DNA from: the human T2T-CHM13v2.0 reference genome, Homo sapiens
Direction: 5' to 3' (one strand)
DNA: 64,000 nucleotides
Assembly (NCBI RefSeq): GCF_009914755.1
Contig: NC_060933.1
The notes under the pieces were generated by a model. The model had not been told where the DNA came from and searched no databases. It saw nothing but the letters and a program-made list of their open reading frames with translations. Positions 58,401-64,000 of this stretch are shown here, one piece after another; positions within the stretch are counted from its first letter, which is position 1; each line of letters starts with the position of its first letter. A program made the translations under genes and the position numbers.

Positions 58401-61400
58401 CACATCCTTCAATTACCTTTCATTCCTCCAGAAATTTGTTGAAACCTCTTGAATGCCTATGACCTTTCTCATTTCCTCCACTGTTTAATTTCCTTTTATA
58501 CTTTGTTTAAAACTTTGAATGGACATATGAGAGATGAAGTCATATTTTTCTAAATAAGTTCAAAAATATTTTGCTTTAAAATATAAGTAGTGATTAAATT
58601 TCTAAGAATTGAGCAATAGTTGAATGTTATACATTTAGTTTTCATGAATATTTCTCTCTCCACATTTCTTCTTCTCAACTTGCTCATATCCCTTCAAATG
58701 ACAAAATACTTAGAAGTATTTGAGTCAAGTTAGATATATTTTTGAAGATATTATTTGCTTATTTATCTATGAGAGGTCAACAACAACTTCCATGAATATT
58801 AGGAAAGCAAATGTCGGTAGCTCTATTCACTTCAATATTGAATTCACCTATATCTGAAATTTAAATGTCAGTGATAAGACTGACAGAAAGTGTCACACAC
58901 TTTAGGTAACACAGCACTAAGTGGCAACACTTTAATATTGTCACTATTACATTTTTCAGATATACAATATATACTTTACCAAGAATCCTAGTCTATTATG
59001 TTCTAAGGATGAGCTGTCTTTATACAAATTCACAATAAATAGCTGTGTAAATAAGAGTTACCATTTTTATTTTATAGCATAAAATGTATTTCAAATAGTT
59101 GTACAAATCAGATATGTTATAAAAGAAACATCTTTCCTATTATTGAATTACCCAAAGTTGCTTACCTAACATAGAATCTTGTGGAGGAAAATAGGCCAGT
59201 GAAATTCAGTGATTATTCATTATGATCAAGGTGATTAGTACAGAAATCTCCATGACTATTCTGTGCAGTGTCTTTTCTTTAACAATATTTTATAATCATT
59301 CTTATTTTTACTTTCTGTAGACAAATCCTTTCTTGTTTTGCCTCCTTTTAGGTACTTTTGAGATTATAAAAGTATATAGTAAAAACAAATGCACACACAA
59401 AACTATTCAGTTGGTATACTTAATTTTGTTAGAATAGATTTAGTCCAGGTATATTCCAGTGGTTTCTTACTGAGAGTCCATCCTAGTCCCCTGATTATTA
59501 CTTGAGTGTTCACTGATGGTTTTTCCTTCTTGTTAACAGGAAATAGTTTTGGTTTCTGCTAAAAATGGCAGTTGCCACCAGTATGTGTGAGTTTTATTTC
59601 TTAGAAAATAACTATATATTTGGTGAATATCTTAGTTTTGCATTTAATTTGCTAAGCAGAATCAATGCAATCACTATCATATTCTATAGTTTTTCCTAAT
59701 AGATTGATAGAGTAAAATGTATGGTTTTTCTAATTTTTAGCATTTGTGTCCAATAAAATGACTTTATATGATTTTTTTCTTGTTGGTTCATTTTTTTTCT
59801 GGTCAAAGTTTCTTCTTTAGTTTCTCATATAATTGATTCAAAACTCCTAAGTGATGATTACAGTAACCTTAGGTATTTCTTAATTCTCCATAATAAATAT
59901 AGCATCTGAGTCTAATTTCTTCTGGGAGATTTATTAACTTTTAAGACAGCATGTGTCACATAATCTAACAATGCATTTTGCATACTAAAATGATGAAACA
60001 TTCTTAATGAATTTAAATAGCTACTTTATCAGAAACAGGAGTCATAGGTTGAATTTTTATGTGAGTAGTAGAGCTAAGAATATTTGTAAAACAGCTCTCC
60101 ATGATGGGCTCCAACAGGATGAAGTAAGACCACCTACCAAGGAAGTAAGATCAGTCCCAAAATGAACTGTATATGAAATTCTGCTCTAAGATCTTTTTGC
60201 TTTTTAACATTTCAGAAAAGGCTAATTTTGGTAATGGACTACAATACTTGTTTTGCTACATAAGCTTTCAGGATTTTTTTTCTTTTATTTTTATTTTAAA
60301 ATTAATTTTTGAGCAGTATTCTTGACTGCAAGAAAGCTTCTGTCAGTTTCCCAAATTACTCAAATAACATGTATTTTACACTGAAAATCATGAGCTCCTT
60401 AACTCAAAGATTTTCCTTGTTGTTTTTGTAACTATTTACCATACAATTACTTGTAAATGAAATGTATAACATAAATATGCGCTAACATAAAGGAAGATGT
60501 TTAAATATTTTTTAAACTTCTGAAAAAAGATAAAACTCCCGGTTTTTAAGAACATTGTATCTTTCTTTCATTTTATCCTTCTTTCTCCTCCAAATATATT
60601 AATAACTATCCTTCTATTTGTTACATTCTTTTACTTAAAGGGACTAAAGTATAAATCAGGTAATTAATACACAAAGCTTTATTCTGTCCCTTGCTTGTAG
60701 CACTACTTCATTCCAGTTTCCTCAGAGTTTATTATATAAATCAGACAGATTTGTAAATAAGTATTTTACAGTCTACATTTATTTGATTATGAAAATGGAA
60801 ACAGAATAAAATGTGAACAGATAATAAACTTTACTTGTGTGTTTCTCCATCTTTTCAAGTTGATCAGGTATACGGATGGCATTTTAAATAATGTGTTAAA
60901 TTTAGAGAATACATTAAATAGAAAAGAAAATTGTGGGAAATAGGAAAGCCTTTCCATTAAGGGTTTAGATATAAAATGTTCTATTCAGTTACAAACTAAA
61001 CCGAAAATGAGAGGTTTTTTTTGTTTAACTGAAAGAGCTAGAGAGTAATTAAAGGTAATTGGCATGTTATTATTCTTAAAAGGTTCGCATTTCTGTTCTA
61101 AGAATACCAGGGAACAATTGAATAGATAAAAAGCAAACTATAAATTGCCAAATAGATCTTTTGTATAATAATACATCTCCCAAGACAAAAGATATTTCAG
61201 ACCCATAAAAAATAAGGGAAGTGTATTTGCCTGACTGGTCTTGCATCTTGCCTGACCACAATGAATTTGCATTGGATTTTAAACTCACAGAATTATAAAA
61301 TATCTTAATGTGTTAAGAGGGAATCAAAAGTGAATGTGATTAACTTGAAGGAACTAGTTGGCAGACTTTAACATTAGGCTAGCAGAAACTATTTAATAAA

Positions 61401-61549
61401 TAAAACTGAAAGCAGAAAAATACTTTTCTTAAATAATTATTAGTGGCAGATTGATACTGTTAATATTATTGATTCAATCTGGGAAGTCCTCCCTCTTGCC
61501 CTTTCTCTACCCAGATCTTGCGTTCTTTTGCAAAATAAGAACAATACAA

Positions 61550-61560
<11 letters not shown>

Positions 61561-61580
<20 letters not shown>

Positions 61581-61868
61581 TTTTGGAGACAGAGTCTCGC
61601 TCTATTGCCCAGGCTGGAGTGTAGTGGCGCGATCTTGGCTCACTCAACCTCCGCCTCCCGGGTTCACGCCATTCTCCCGTCTCAGCCTCCCGACTAGCTG
61701 GGACTGCAGGCTCCCGCCACCATGCCCGGCTAATTTTTTGTATTTTGTTTAGTAGAGACGGGGTTTCACCGTGTTAGCCAGGATGGTCTTGATCCCCTGA
61801 CCTCGTGATCCGCCCGCCTCGGCCTCCCAAAGTGCTGGGATTACACGCTTGAACCACTGTGCCCGGCA
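61561..61868 (-). mobile_element. AluY with a (TTA)n tail
   Basis: TSD acaaactcattatta (61546-61560, 61869-61883). Confidence 0.95.
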
Positions 61869-62081
61869 ACAAACTCATTATTAAGTCACTTATTTACTAC
61901 TCTATTCCTCAATGAACTCTTTTGTAGACTTCTACCCCATCTATAACCAATGCAGTGGTACTCCTCCCTCTCATATTTAGTTTCTCAGCTCAAGTAAGAC
62001 TTCCTCAGAGGTTTAATCTAATTAATCTTAATCTAATTAAAATAGAAACCCTTACCCATTTATTCTGTCCAAAGCAACATG

Positions 62082-62235
62082 TTTCCCCTCCCCTCCCCTT
62101 CCCCTCCCGTTCTCCTCCCCTTCTCCTCCCCTTCTCTTCTCCTTCTCTTCCCCTTCCCTTCCACTTCCTTTCCTTCCCCTTCTTTCCCCTTGCCTTCCTT
62201 CCTGCCTTCTTTCTTTTCCTTCTTTCTGTCTTTTC
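62082..62235. repeat. Polypyrimidine low-complexity tract
   Basis: Directly visible. Confidence 0.9.
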
Positions 62236-62387
62236 TAATACAAGGCTTGACCACTGGGGTAAAATTGTCAAAATGTAAAAAGGAGATAATTAAAAAATAA
62301 ATAGTACCTAAGTAGTATGCTAAAATATACATGGGGCAAGATCATCTTTGCATTTTATCCTTGGGTGCATTCTGGACCACCTTAATC

Positions 62388-62490
62388 TTTTTTTTTCTTC
62401 CCTAAGACAGAGTCTCTCTCTGTCATGCAGGCTGGAATGCAGTGGCACCATGAAGACTCACTACAGCCTTCACCTCTGAGGCTCAAGTGA
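62388..62490 (-). mobile_element. Alu/FLAM fragment
   Basis: agacagagtctc...gctggaatgcagtggc...gctcaagtgat. Confidence 0.8.
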
Positions 62491-62611
62491 TTAATCTTAA
62501 ATAGTGCAATTATTCTATTTAATCACAAATGTCAGCATCTCTTTTCTTTAGTTTTGGCACATGATTTTCACCTTTTATCCTCTCTCTCTCTCTCTCTCTC
62601 TCCATGCTTCA

Positions 62612-63426
<815 letters not shown>

Positions 63427-64000
63427 AACTCGATGAGTCTTCATCTACTGACACTCAGGCCGAGTCAGATAAAAAGCTTTACAATATTCCACACCTCTCT
63501 CTACACGTGTTAAAAACAAGGAGAAAGAGTTTCTCTTAAAATTTTAAGTTCACTAAAAATAGAACAAAGCAGAAACAATTGAGGTTTTTGTGATTGTTGC
63601 TGTTTGTGTCTTTATTTTTAAAGATTCTACTTTGTACCATATATGCATGGTAAATTATTCATTATCATATCTGCTTTTTTTTTTCATTTGAAGTAATCAT
63701 ATTCCATGGAAAATATTTAAATTCCCAGGCATTGTTAGCTGTAGAGCTCATAAAATGTTCAATGCTTCAGTGAGTTGCAAATTGAAAACAGAAATAAATT
63801 CTTGGAGAAAAACTTGACAGTATTCTACACACTTTGCTCTTGATTGATGTCATGTGGTGATTCCAATAAATGACTTTTTTCAAACAAACTATAACTGATT
63901 TAAGTAAATGGGGGTGCAATGGTTCTTTCTTATAGATCTCATCTGCTGAGATGCTATACACAGAATTTCAATCATCTTACCCTATGATTTTTCAATGTTG

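Overview
Primate, most likely human, non-genic DNA of the pericentromeric segmental-duplication type. No intact protein-coding gene is supported; almost all tracked ORFs are repeat-derived. Family names are recognised from memory, not from a search. Layout: 1-27 kb and 55-64 kb are AT-rich and TE-dense (Alu, L1, L2, MIR, MaLR and ERV LTRs, several nested, with readable TSDs). At 27.7-29.0 kb there are three decayed TBC1D26/TBC1D3-like exons (-), and at 37.3-38.5 kb a CDRT15/C2orf27-like unprocessed pseudogene (-). At 39.3-47.3 kb lies a degenerate ~19-bp (CCCAGGTGGACATCAGGCC) satellite with three strand switches, hidden kb-scale inverted and direct duplications, and an LTR insertion that dates them. 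At 47.3-53.15 kb lies a ~200-bp GC-rich gamma-satellite-like array with a tetrameric higher-order pattern; its monomer carries a tRNA T-arm/B-box, a CTCF-like motif and a T-tract, and the array holds a subtelomeric TAR1 insert. At 53.2-55.1 kb a CpG island with NRF1/SP1/YY1 motifs overlaps FAM27-like sequence. The most interesting object is the composite CpG promoter / gamma-satellite / 19-mer satellite / pseudogene cassette. Any function for it is a hypothesis.
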